DNA of 64,000 bases from Candidatus Bathyarchaeia archaeon. GTDB lineage: Archaea > Thermoproteota > Bathyarchaeia > Bathyarchaeales > Bathycorpusculaceae. The stretch is from contig JBEKHN010000003.1 in NCBI GenBank assembly GCA_050012255.1, positions 96,001-160,000 on the forward strand, in the 5' to 3' direction. Under the pieces are notes generated by a model. The model searched no databases. It was given only the letters and a program-made list of their open reading frames with translations, and was not told the origin of the DNA. Both the position numbers and the translations under genes were made by a program. Positions within the stretch are counted from its first letter, which is position 1, and the number at the start of each line of letters is the position of its first letter. Positions 1-9,105 of this stretch are shown piece after piece.

Positions 1-484
1 AATTCTAGCTAGGGCATTGATCAACGAACCGCAGATACTCTTGCTGGATGAACCTACAACGGGACTTGACCCTCAGGCGCGTCACTTGATCTGGGACAAG
101 GTCCGAAGCCTGAAGAAATCGGGCGTGACCATCATCTTGACGACGCATTACATGGATGAGGCGGCTGAACTGTGCGACCGCACACTGATCATGGATAATG
201 GCAAGATCATCGAAGAAGGAACTCCGACGGACTTGGTCAGGAAGCACGTTGGAGAAGAAGTCATGGAAGTCGATTACGATGACAAAGCCGTGGCGACGAT
301 CAATAATAAGTTCCCAGAGGCCCGGCTGGAAATCGTGGGTGACAGGATCCAAGTTTTTGCCACTGAGCCTCATGGAGTGTTCACCAGCTTTCTCGAAGAT
401 TTTCCAACGAGGAGTGCCACCGTTCGGAACGCTAACCTCGAGGACGTTTTCTTGAAACTAACCGGGAGGAAACTCAGAGAATGA
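1..484 (+). CDS. ABC transporter ATP-binding subunit (NodI/DrrA-like), 5'-truncated by window edge
   Basis: Walker B/D-loop ILLLDEPTTGLDP and H-loop ILTTHYMDEA; frame runs in from the window edge. Confidence 0.93.
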   Translation, partial: ILARALINEPQILLLDEPTTGLDPQARHLIWDKVRSLKKSGVTIILTTHYMDEAAELCDRTLIMDNGKIIEEGTPTDLVRKHVGEEVMEVDYDDKAVATINNKFPEARLEIVGDRIQVFATEPHGVFTSFLEDFPTRSATVRNANLEDVFLKLTGRKLRE

Positions 485-1287
485 AAAGGTCCAACCGCGT
501 TGCTTCAAGCTTCAAACTGCCCGAGTTGACCTACAGAGTTTGGAAGGTTTGGCGCAGAAACTTTGACGTATTCATGAAAACGTACAAAGTCAACTTTTTC
601 CCGCCTCTGCTTGAACCCATCTTCTACCTTCTCGCGATGGGCTTCGGCTTGGGAAGTTTCATCTCAGCTGTACAATTAGGCTACCCTTACATCAAGTTCA
701 TCGCACCAGCCTTGGTGTCCATCTCAATCATGTACTCCGCATTCTTCGAGTGTACATACGGTTCGTTTGTCCGAATGTATTATCAGAAGACCTTTGACGC
801 CATCATCACCACGCCTATAAGCATTGAAGAAGTCATAGCAGGCGAGTTGTTCTGGGGCGCAACCCGAAGTCTGATCAGTTCAAGCATTGTCTTGGCCGTC
901 GTAGCTGCCTTTGGGCTGATCTCAAGTCCACTGGTCCTCCTGATTCCCATCGTTGCTTTCTTTGCTGGGTTGATGTTTTCGGCGATAGCAATGTGCTTCA
1001 CAGCGCTGGCGCCCAACATAGATTTCTTCAACTACCCAGGGTTCCTGTTCATAACCCCGATGTTCCTGCTGAGCGGAACCTTCTTTCCTTTGACAATCCT
1101 TCCTCAGTTCATGCAGATTCTGGCACAGGCGGTTCTGCCCTTAACGCACACCGTGATCCTTGCCAGAGGGCTAATGTTTGGAAACTTCGAATCAACCATG
1201 CTCCTTAGCATAGTTTGGATTGGCGTAGTCACACTCGCTTTCTTCCTCTTAAGCATAAACCAGATGAAGAAGAAGCTAATCAAGTGA
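481..1287 (+). CDS. ABC-2 type transporter permease (NodJ-like)
   Basis: About 6 TM helices, PMFLLSGTFFP and LPLTH motifs; ATGA overlap with the ATPase gene. Confidence 0.92.
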   Translation: MKRSNRVASSFKLPELTYRVWKVWRRNFDVFMKTYKVNFFPPLLEPIFYLLAMGFGLGSFISAVQLGYPYIKFIAPALVSISIMYSAFFECTYGSFVRMYYQKTFDAIITTPISIEEVIAGELFWGATRSLISSSIVLAVVAAFGLISSPLVLLIPIVAFFAGLMFSAIAMCFTALAPNIDFFNYPGFLFITPMFLLSGTFFPLTILPQFMQILAQAVLPLTHTVILARGLMFGNFESTMLLSIVWIGVVTLAFFLLSINQMKKKLIK

Positions 1288-1317
1288 GCGAATGCTGGCC
1301 TCAACGTAGGCTTGAGT

Positions 1318-2166
1318 TCAGCGGACATCTTCATAGGCTTTTAACAGTTCGTCTATGGCTGTTCCAACGTGTTGTCCTGAGTAGCCGCCTTCCAAAACGA
1401 AGAATGTAGGCTTCTGCAACGCCGCGATTCTCTTGCCAATCCCTCTGTACGCCTTCTCAGACAAGCCAAGCGAAGCCAAGTCTCCAGCGTAAGTGTCAAA
1501 CCCTGCTGAAACAGCCACGGCTTCAAACTTGCGCGTGTCCACCGCGCCCAAGGCCTTGTCAAGAATCTTCAAATAAACCGTGTCTCCACAGTCAGGCGGA
1601 AGTGGAAAGTTGAGGCAGTTCATGTCGGAGCTGGTGCCTGTTCCAGGAAAGTTTGGATGGCGATGAAGAGAAACATACGTTACCATGTTGTCTCCGTAGA
1701 AGATTTCCTGCGTTCCATTCCCGTGATGCCCGTCGATGTCCAAGATCATTGTCGGCTTACCAAGATACCTCACAGCTATCGCAACGTTGTTCAAGTAGCA
1801 GAACCCGCGCGTAGCCGCGCCCAACGCTGCGCCGCTTGCCCCAGCGTGATGGCCTGGAGGACGCATGATGCTGAACCCTTTCACCTTAGCGGCTAGAATT
1901 GCCCCGCCTGCTGAGAGCCTAGCGAGCTCGTAGATGTTGTCGTACGCTGGAGTGTCATCATCCTCAACCAACCCCTTCTTCAACATCCAAAGGTACTCGT
2001 GATCATGAACCTTCAGCAGATCTTCCTCTGCGGCGGGCTCAGGCGTCACGAAGCTGTAGCCCTTCTCTTTCAGAATCTTTTGAGCCTTCCGAACCCTCTC
2101 TGGGCCTTCTGTGTGCCAAGACCCGTACGCCAAGCACTTTTCTGAAAAGACTATTCTCGTCTTCAT
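1318..2166 (-). CDS. Histone deacetylase family protein (HDAC/acetylpolyamine amidohydrolase-like)
   Basis: RPPGHHA, GFCYLNN, LDIDGHHGNGTQ, VSAGFD and VLEGGY motifs; start placed at MKTRIV (ORF open to 2199). Confidence 0.92.
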   Translation of the reverse strand: MKTRIVFSEKCLAYGSWHTEGPERVRKAQKILKEKGYSFVTPEPAAEEDLLKVHDHEYLWMLKKGLVEDDDTPAYDNIYELARLSAGGAILAAKVKGFSIMRPPGHHAGASGAALGAATRGFCYLNNVAIAVRYLGKPTMILDIDGHHGNGTQEIFYGDNMVTYVSLHRHPNFPGTGTSSDMNCLNFPLPPDCGDTVYLKILDKALGAVDTRKFEAVAVSAGFDTYAGDLASLGLSEKAYRGIGKRIAALQKPTFFVLEGGYSGQHVGTAIDELLKAYEDVR

Positions 2167-2261
2167 ACCATCTGCGTCCATGTCAGAATTAACGATCATT
2201 TCTCAAGTTAAAATATCACTTCACCTCTTAAAAGCTTAGAGAATTGTGGAGCCATTGATAA

Positions 2262-4226
2262 GTGTCCAAGATTGTCGAAAACCCTTTCGCTGCTTTCCGA
2301 TCAGAATGCGAAACCAGCCTAGCCTACGCCTTGAACAAGCTCCTTCCCGAAGTCCAAATCACAGACTTGGCCTTGGAAAAACCGCCGAACCCCGAGTACG
2401 GCCAGCTGGCTTCTTCACTGTGCTTTGAGCTCGCCAAAAAAGTGAGCCAAAAGCCACCTGACCTGGCGGAGCATCTGGTCAAAGCCATCGATAAATCACG
2501 ATTCAGTCTCATCGAAAAAGTCTCATCAGCCGGCGGAGGCTACGTAAACTTCCACGTTGACTTCGCCAAATTTTCAAAGGTAGCTCTGAACTCTGTGAGA
2601 AAACTTGACGCAGAATATGGCTTCATCAAGACCGAAAAGCCTCTTAAAATCATCGTGGAGCACACGAGCGCCAACCCTCTTCACCCCATAACGGTTGGGA
2701 CGGCTCGAAACCCGGTGCTCGGGGACACTATTGCCCGACTGCTCACGTCTAGGGGGCACACGGTCTATCGTCACTTTTACATCGACGACGTCGGCCGTCA
2801 ATCGGCAGTCATCGCCTATGGTTACGGGAAACTGGGCAAGCCGAAGCCAGACGAGAAACCCGATGAGTACATCGGCAAAATTTACACTATTACGAGCTGT
2901 TTCGTCGAAATCAACCGTCTGAAAAGAGAGCTTGAGCGTGCAAAAACTGTCCCTGCGGACGAAGAAATCCTGAAGATCACCAGGGAATTGGACGACTGGA
3001 TGGCCGTCGCCGCAGACCTGAAGGACAGGTATCCTGAACTTTTCGAAACGCTGTTGACGAGAATCGGCGAGGACGAAAACCCAGAGACTGCGATAAAAAT
3101 TCTCAATCAAGCGTATGAGGCGGCGGACAAAAAAGCCAAGAACCTCGTCAGGACGGTCAGCGACCTGTGTCTGGAAGGCTTCAGGGAAACGTTGGGCAAG
3201 ATCGGTGTTGTCATAGATTCTTGGGACTGGGAAAGCGACCTGATGTGGAGCGGACGAGTTGAAGAGGTTCTGCGGCAACTCAAGAAGTCTCGGTTCACTC
3301 ACGCTGAAGGCGGGGTTCTGGAATTCGACGCTGAAAAAGTCGTCAGAGAACTTGACCTCTGGCAGCGGCTCGGCCTAAGGGAGGGCCATGATATTCCGTC
3401 TTTAACTCTCGTGCGCGCTGACGGTACGACGCTCTACACAACGCGGGACGTTGCCTACACGTTGCTCAAGTTTGAAAAAGCCGAGAAAGTTATCAACGTC
3501 ATAGGCATGGAACAGAGCCTAGCTCAGCTGCAGCTGAGAATAGCCCTGCATGCTCTGGGGTACGGCAAGTACGCGGACAGTCTGGTTCACTTTGCCTACA
3601 ACTTAGTCACTTTTCCCGGTTACAAGATGTCCAGTCGCAGGGGACGTTACATCACTCTTGACGAAGTCTTAGACGAAGCTGTAAAACGAGCGTACGAAGA
3701 GGTTTCGAAGCGCTCTCCACAACTTTCGAACGGAGAAAAGCAGAAGATCGCGGACTTCGTGGGAACAGGTGCGGTGCGCTATGCGCTCGTCGAGGTTGAC
3801 ACTTCGAAACCAGTAATGTTCACTTGGGACCGCGTCCTCAATTTTGAAAGAAACAGCGCACCCTACATTCAGTACACACACGCGCGAGCCTGCAGCATCT
3901 TGCGAAAAGCAGCTAGGAAACCTGCGGAGCCAGCATACGAGCAACTGAAAGAAGATCTGGAGCGCGAAATAATAATCGCGTTGGCCAGTTTCCCAGACAC
4001 GTTCGTAGAGGCAACAGAGTACCTCAAACCCAACCTCATCGCCGACTTTGCAAACAGCTTAGCAGACACGTTCAACACCTTCTACAGCGCACGCTCGCGC
4101 TTTCCAGTGATAAACGCAAAGCCTAGAGGGCTCAGCGATGCACGACTCGCTTTAACTGACTCTGTTAAGATAGTGCTTCGGAACACTCTGAACCTAATCG
4201 GTGTGTTGGCCCCAGAAAGAATGTGA
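2262..4226 (+). CDS. argS: Arginine--tRNA ligase
   Basis: VEHTSANPLHPITVGTARN (HIGH-like), DGTTLYTTRD, KMSSRRG, PYIQYTHARACSIL. Confidence 0.97.
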   Translation: MSKIVENPFAAFRSECETSLAYALNKLLPEVQITDLALEKPPNPEYGQLASSLCFELAKKVSQKPPDLAEHLVKAIDKSRFSLIEKVSSAGGGYVNFHVDFAKFSKVALNSVRKLDAEYGFIKTEKPLKIIVEHTSANPLHPITVGTARNPVLGDTIARLLTSRGHTVYRHFYIDDVGRQSAVIAYGYGKLGKPKPDEKPDEYIGKIYTITSCFVEINRLKRELERAKTVPADEEILKITRELDDWMAVAADLKDRYPELFETLLTRIGEDENPETAIKILNQAYEAADKKAKNLVRTVSDLCLEGFRETLGKIGVVIDSWDWESDLMWSGRVEEVLRQLKKSRFTHAEGGVLEFDAEKVVRELDLWQRLGLREGHDIPSLTLVRADGTTLYTTRDVAYTLLKFEKAEKVINVIGMEQSLAQLQLRIALHALGYGKYADSLVHFAYNLVTFPGYKMSSRRGRYITLDEVLDEAVKRAYEEVSKRSPQLSNGEKQKIADFVGTGAVRYALVEVDTSKPVMFTWDRVLNFERNSAPYIQYTHARACSILRKAARKPAEPAYEQLKEDLEREIIIALASFPDTFVEATEYLKPNLIADFANSLADTFNTFYSARSRFPVINAKPRGLSDARLALTDSVKIVLRNTLNLIGVLAPERM

Positions 4227-4248
4227 AAGTCCACGCTGTCGTCCATTT

Positions 4249-4344
4249 GACCACAGATGTCGCTGAGCTTGTCCCGATCATGTTGGCTCCGGCCTCGATC
4301 ATTGCCACAGCGTCAGCACAAGTTCTTATCCCACACGCTGCCTT
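4249..4344 (-). pseudogene. deoC: C-terminal relic of deoxyribose-phosphate aldolase
   Basis: KAACGIRTCADAVAMIEAGANMIGTSSA resembles the DeoC C-terminus KAxGGIRTxxDAxxMIxAGAxRIGTSS; only about 32 codons remain. Confidence 0.75.
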
Positions 4345-4419
4345 CGCACTGTCAATCTCCATCTTTTCTCAAAAGAAACTTTCATATACAGGTCAAGTAA
4401 TCTGAAGAGGGGCGCTGTT

Positions 4420-5481
4420 ATGAAGGAATCTTACTTCAAGAGGAAGGTTCAGTCCATTGAAGTTGGCAAAAAGAGTGTTTCCCAGCTTCTGGCCGAGATG
4501 GGCAAGACGGCCTATCAGGGTAGAAAGCTTGGAGAAGCTGTCGACGTTTGGCAGGCCATGCTGAAAGAAAAAGAGCTCACGATCATAATGGGTTTTGCGG
4601 GTTCGATGAGCACTGCGGGCCAGTGGAAGATCGTCAACTGGCTGATAGAGAACCGCTACATTGACGTTCTTGTGTCCACAGGTGCGAACGTTTCAGAAGA
4701 CATCGTTGATGCTATGGGCTTCGGTTATTGGCAAGGTTCTCAACATGCTAATGATGAGGAGCTTCTGAAAGCTGATGTGAACAGGTACTACGATGTTTTC
4801 GGGAAAGAAACGGACTATCGTGAGATGGAGCTACTCATGACTGAGGGCCTCATGAAATTGAAGAAGGATTATGCGTACACTTCAGCGGAGGTTCTCTACT
4901 TGTTCGGCAAATACTTGACCAAGAAAGGCGTGAAGAGCATAGCTGCCACAGCGGCAGAGAACAAGGTTCCAGTGTTCTGCCCAGCAATAACCGATAGTGC
5001 TTATGGGGAAGCATTCATCATGGCAAAGAACAAGGGACACCCGGTCGTGCTGGACCAGGTGAAGGAGTTCGACCAGTTCGTAGGAATAGGAGAGAAAACC
5101 AAGGAAGTCGGCGTCGTTTACATAGGCGGCGGCGTGCCAAAAGACTTCACGCAGCTCATTGCCATATCTGTCTCGCCTAAAACAATGGACGAAGGAGTGC
5201 CAGGAAGGAGGGGCCATCTTCGCAAAGGCCTGAAGGAGTACTACTACCCACACAAGTACGCGATTCAAATCACTTCGGACTCGCCTCAGTGGGGCGGCTT
5301 GTCAGGGTGCACCCTGGAAGAGGCGATAAGCTGGGGGAAGATTGACGAGGGCGGAAAGAGAGCAGTCTGCTACTGCGACGCGACGATAGCCCTGCCTCTG
5401 ATTACGCATGCGCTTTACGAGAGAGTTAAGACGAAGAGGAAAGCCCCAGACATGTCGTGGCTCTTCAGCGGCGTCTCCTAG
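4420..5481 (+). CDS. Deoxyhypusine synthase family protein (non-canonical, possibly homospermidine synthase-like)
   Basis: VSTGAN, FCPAITDS, GGGVPKDF, WGGLSGCTLEEAISWGK, CDATIALP. Confidence 0.9.
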   Translation: MKESYFKRKVQSIEVGKKSVSQLLAEMGKTAYQGRKLGEAVDVWQAMLKEKELTIIMGFAGSMSTAGQWKIVNWLIENRYIDVLVSTGANVSEDIVDAMGFGYWQGSQHANDEELLKADVNRYYDVFGKETDYREMELLMTEGLMKLKKDYAYTSAEVLYLFGKYLTKKGVKSIAATAAENKVPVFCPAITDSAYGEAFIMAKNKGHPVVLDQVKEFDQFVGIGEKTKEVGVVYIGGGVPKDFTQLIAISVSPKTMDEGVPGRRGHLRKGLKEYYYPHKYAIQITSDSPQWGGLSGCTLEEAISWGKIDEGGKRAVCYCDATIALPLITHALYERVKTKRKAPDMSWLFSGVS

Positions 5482-6412
5482 CCTTTCCAATTCTTGTTAT
5501 GAGTGCGCTCACCATCAACGGCAAGATCAGGGAAGCGTCGCCTTCGATCATCGCCTTTTTTGCCTTTTCGCTTATTTTTCCCCACGACACGGCCTCTCGC
5601 GGTCTGGCGCCGGATAGGCTGCCGTCCCATTCATCAGCGGTGCTGATGTACACCGCGTAGTCTAGACCACCTTTGAACTGGTTCCACCACAACGTGTGGT
5701 GCTTTGATATTCCACCGCCTACAAGCAAAGCGCCACTTTTCTTCGCTTCAAAAACAATCTCGTTCAACTCTCCAGAGTCCTTTAAAGGGTTAAGTCTGAA
5801 GTCATGGTCCTGTGAGAAAAGCCACGTTTGGTATCCAACGGCTCCGTCTGTGATGCCTGGCACGTAGACGGGTATCTTGTTCTCTGCGGCCCAGTAGAGG
5901 ATGGAGCTCTCATTGCATATGCTCTTTCCTATTTCTCGGCAAAGTTGGCCTGATGAGCATTCTTTGATTCCTTCTTGCCACAAGCTTTGAAGCAGGAGCC
6001 GCATCTTTTCTTCGATTATCATGCCGTAGCTTTCGTTTGGGATGAGAACGTTGCCTAAGCGGTTGATCTCTTCTCCGTGAAGCCTTGCGTCACTCATAAG
6101 AAACGAGCCTCTGTAGTAGCTCTTCCAACACCTCGCGACGTCATGGTCAACGGTTCCACAGGTCGTGACGACAACGTCAACGAGCTTTCTTTTCACAAGC
6201 TCCTTGAGGGCGCCTCTTGTTCCGGTGGCCACTAGGTTTCCTGTGAAGGAAAGGAATTTTACACATTTTTTGTCTTCAACCATCCTTTCCATGATGTTCA
6301 CGCCTACGGCCAACTTTCCGGCTGTGAACCCCCAGGCTTTTTCCATCTGCGAGACAAGCTCGTCAACACTCATTTTTTCAGAGAAAGCGTAGTCTTCAAC
6401 AGCTTCTCTCAA
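5465..6412 (-). CDS. dys: Deoxyhypusine synthase (canonical archaeal aIF5A-modifying type)
   Basis: INRLGNV, PGITDG, GGGISKHH, DGSLSGARPREAVSWGK. Confidence 0.93.
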   Translation of the reverse strand: MREAVEDYAFSEKMSVDELVSQMEKAWGFTAGKLAVGVNIMERMVEDKKCVKFLSFTGNLVATGTRGALKELVKRKLVDVVVTTCGTVDHDVARCWKSYYRGSFLMSDARLHGEEINRLGNVLIPNESYGMIIEEKMRLLLQSLWQEGIKECSSGQLCREIGKSICNESSILYWAAENKIPVYVPGITDGAVGYQTWLFSQDHDFRLNPLKDSGELNEIVFEAKKSGALLVGGGISKHHTLWWNQFKGGLDYAVYISTADEWDGSLSGARPREAVSWGKISEKAKKAMIEGDASLILPLMVSALITRIGKARRRR

Positions 6413-6414
6413 AG

Positions 6415-7350
6415 TCAGCTCTTTCCTCCAACAGCTTCGCAGTAGGTCTTGTAGATTATTCCAGCAGCTTCTTTGATGGCTTCTTGCTCTGATTTAGCGA
6501 GCAGGTCCCACAGGTCGGGTCCAAGAGATTTTGCGATTCGTGCTGGCACCGTGACGTAAACCGGTTCAGGCGTCGTCTCAAACTTTGTTGGTCTGGAGTA
6601 GCTTATGACTTTCCCCGTGTTCAGCAGAATTCCCCGGATTATTTCTATGAAAGAGCCTGCTGGGCCGTACCTTGTTCCGCCCAGAAAAGTTATGACCTGT
6701 CGGCTTACCTCTTTCACGTAGTTGTCACAGATTCCTCTGTCAAGCTTCTTTCCCGTTTTCTTCAAATACTCGTCTAATTGTAGCCCGTTGATTTTGACTG
6801 TGCTCCACAGAAGGACTGCTGCTTCTCCGTGTTCGCCGCCCGTGTAGGCTTCAACGGTGCCTATTGGGACTTTCAGTTCTCGGCATAGAATGGTTCTGAA
6901 CCTTGAAGTTTCAAGGTTTGTGCCCGTTCCTATAATGGGCCTTAAGCCTCGTGCGGTTTTGTTGGCCAGAGTGGTCATTGCGTCAACAGGGTTGGTTATC
7001 ACAAAATACCAAGCGTGGGGGTTGTTGTCAACGGTGTCCGCTACTATTTGCTGCACAGCTGCCGCGTTTTTTGCTGCTAGGTCTCTTCTGCTCATTTCTG
7101 GCGTTCTAGGAAACCCAGCAGTTATGACTATTAAGTCTGCATCTTCAACTGACTTGCCGTTTTCGTAGGCGTTGATCTCCAGGTCAAAGCCGTGGCTCGC
7201 GATTGCGTGATGCATCTCTTCTTTCGTCATCTCCGCAACTCTTGGCGCAGTGTCGACGAGTGACAGTTGAGTCACGTATCTTTCGAAGATCAGGGTGAAA
7301 GCTACTTGGCCGCCTACGCGGCCTGTTCCGGCAACTGCAATGTGAACCAT
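6415..7350 (-). CDS. mdh: LDH-like malate dehydrogenase
   Basis: GTGRVG Rossmann motif, AGFPRTPEMSRRDL (Arg at the specificity position as in MDH), ITNPVD, GEHG. Confidence 0.82.
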   Translation of the reverse strand: MVHIAVAGTGRVGGQVAFTLIFERYVTQLSLVDTAPRVAEMTKEEMHHAIASHGFDLEINAYENGKSVEDADLIVITAGFPRTPEMSRRDLAAKNAAAVQQIVADTVDNNPHAWYFVITNPVDAMTTLANKTARGLRPIIGTGTNLETSRFRTILCRELKVPIGTVEAYTGGEHGEAAVLLWSTVKINGLQLDEYLKKTGKKLDRGICDNYVKEVSRQVITFLGGTRYGPAGSFIEIIRGILLNTGKVISYSRPTKFETTPEPVYVTVPARIAKSLGPDLWDLLAKSEQEAIKEAAGIIYKTYCEAVGGKS

Positions 7351-7431
7351 CGTATCACTTCAATGTGCATGTATGTTCAGCTTTTTATAAAACAATCGCG
7401 TCTTGAGTGAACGCTTTGATGGAAACGAGGG

Positions 7432-8310
7432 CTAGTCAACTAGATAGTCTATGATTTTTCCGTACAGGTCCTTGTTTCTGCAGTCTTCGTAGCCGGCGTA
7501 GATGCTCGGGTTGTCGTTAACCTCAACTACCACGTATTTGCTATCAGCTTCTTTGATGTCTACCCCGTAGAGTCCGTGTCCGATCACTTCGCAAGCCTTC
7601 AAAGCCAGTTCCTTAAGCGCTGGAGGTGCGTTTTCTCTTCTAAGCGAGAACGTCCTGCCCCACACAAAGGTTGGCTTTCCTCTGCGTTTGGCACCATGCT
7701 TCCATCTGCCCTTAGGCATCATGTACTTGCACACGTACAGGACTTCGCGATTCAGGACTCCGACTCTCCAATCGAAAGAGGTTGGCATGAACGTTTGGAC
7801 GGCGAGAAGGTCGGATTTTCTGAAGAATCTTCTGGCCACGTCGCGGAAACTTGTTTCGCAGGCAACTTTTTCCACGTATCTTGAGAAGCTCGTGTATGGC
7901 GCTTTTACGACTACTGGTTTTCCAAGGTTTTCAAAGATCTCCAAGAACCGTTTGTGATGCATCTCATTCTTGTTCAGGAAGAGTGTTGGGATGGTTGGTA
8001 TGTTGTGCTTTTCGAAAAGGTCGTACAGGTGGATTTTGTTCCCGCAGATCTGTATCGATTCAGGGTCGTCAACCACCTTCAGACCCAGCTCCCACGCTGT
8101 TTTCGAAACCACGTAGGCCGTGAAAAGAGGGTCCGTCGTCGCCCTTATGAAAACCGCGTCGTACTTCGGTATTTCCGAGATGCCTTCTCTGAACATGAAG
8201 TCGAACGCGTGCCCCTTTTCCTCTGCGGTGCGCTTGAAATTTTCTAGGGCCCGTGTTTCCCTCAGATCAGAAAAGTTGTATTTCTCGACGAAACAGGCTA
8301 TCCTAGCCAA
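7432..8310 (-). CDS. RimK-family ATP-grasp ligase
   Basis: FIRATT, ICGNK, FDWRVGVL, GLYGVDIKE, EVNDNPS. Confidence 0.92.
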   Translation of the reverse strand: MARIACFVEKYNFSDLRETRALENFKRTAEEKGHAFDFMFREGISEIPKYDAVFIRATTDPLFTAYVVSKTAWELGLKVVDDPESIQICGNKIHLYDLFEKHNIPTIPTLFLNKNEMHHKRFLEIFENLGKPVVVKAPYTSFSRYVEKVACETSFRDVARRFFRKSDLLAVQTFMPTSFDWRVGVLNREVLYVCKYMMPKGRWKHGAKRRGKPTFVWGRTFSLRRENAPPALKELALKACEVIGHGLYGVDIKEADSKYVVVEVNDNPSIYAGYEDCRNKDLYGKIIDYLVD

Positions 8311-8995
8311 CTAGGTGTTCACCCTTGTTCGACATCCGAAAAACCTCTGTCGAAACCGTTTCCAAATCAGACGGGAAAATCTCCTCAATTCTTAGAGGCT
8401 GAAGCCCACACAGGTAGGCTTTGCCTTCAATGGTTTGAACGTGAAGTTTGCACATGGGGATCTTGAAAGTTTCATAGATCTTCTCCGAAATCTTTGCAAC
8501 CTCTGCCGTATGCTCACATTTTCCAAAGATAGATTTGAACGAAAGCATCTCACCCTTCAGCGGCTGCACACAAACGGCAAACTTGTAGTTCATGCTTAGA
8601 CTCTTAACGGCCCTGTACAGGGCGCTTCTGTTTCCAGCGGTTTTGTAGCCTTCGTAGGAGAACGGGTTGACCGCGAAGACGACAACTGGAAAAGCGAACT
8701 GAGATGTTATTTGTTTCACAGAACTTGCCATCAAATAGGGCAGAGTAGGAATTCCAGCCTTTGAAGCTTTAAGCAGTAAAATCGGCGTTCTGCTGGCGTC
8801 AATTATGCTTTCCGTTGAAGGAATCACCGGATTGCCCAAAACCTCTGCGTGCATTGACACGTAGTAGCCCGTTTTCAAGTAGCGGTAGTCTGTGTTGAGG
8901 TTGAGAGTAAAATCTTTTATCGACGATTTGAGGAACGCAGATGGCTTCATCGTTGGCAGATCTGTCGTTAGGTCGATGTTAGAGACGACCAGCAC
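8303..8995 (-). CDS. RLAN (RimK-like ATP-grasp N-terminal) domain protein with degenerate ATP-grasp remnant
   Basis: NLNTDYRYLKTGYYVSMHAEVLGNPVIPS matches the RLAN signature; overlaps the rimK-like gene start. Confidence 0.85.
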   Translation of the reverse strand: MLVVSNIDLTTDLPTMKPSAFLKSSIKDFTLNLNTDYRYLKTGYYVSMHAEVLGNPVIPSTESIIDASRTPILLLKASKAGIPTLPYLMASSVKQITSQFAFPVVVFAVNPFSYEGYKTAGNRSALYRAVKSLSMNYKFAVCVQPLKGEMLSFKSIFGKCEHTAEVAKISEKIYETFKIPMCKLHVQTIEGKAYLCGLQPLRIEEIFPSDLETVSTEVFRMSNKGEHLVG

Positions 8996-9039
8996 CCATT
9001 TGACACCAGGTAACTGAAAGGTTCCGTATTGCAGCTGCT

Positions 9040-9067
9040 ATATTTAAAACTAACTACTACGTTTATA
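9040..9067. promoter_or_regulatory. Back-to-back TATA boxes for the divergent RLAN and GCS2 genes
   Basis: TTTAAATA on - strand (about 9041-9048) and TTTATA on + strand (9062-9067) in the short divergent intergenic region. Confidence 0.5.
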
Positions 9068-9105
9068 TCAAATTTTGACAAACGACTAAACACAGGCGAA
9101 AACCT

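Noticed and set aside
2574-3302. Long antisense ORFs (also 17557-18243, 57643-58176 and others)
   Set aside because: Shadow frames of well-supported genes with no recognisable motifs
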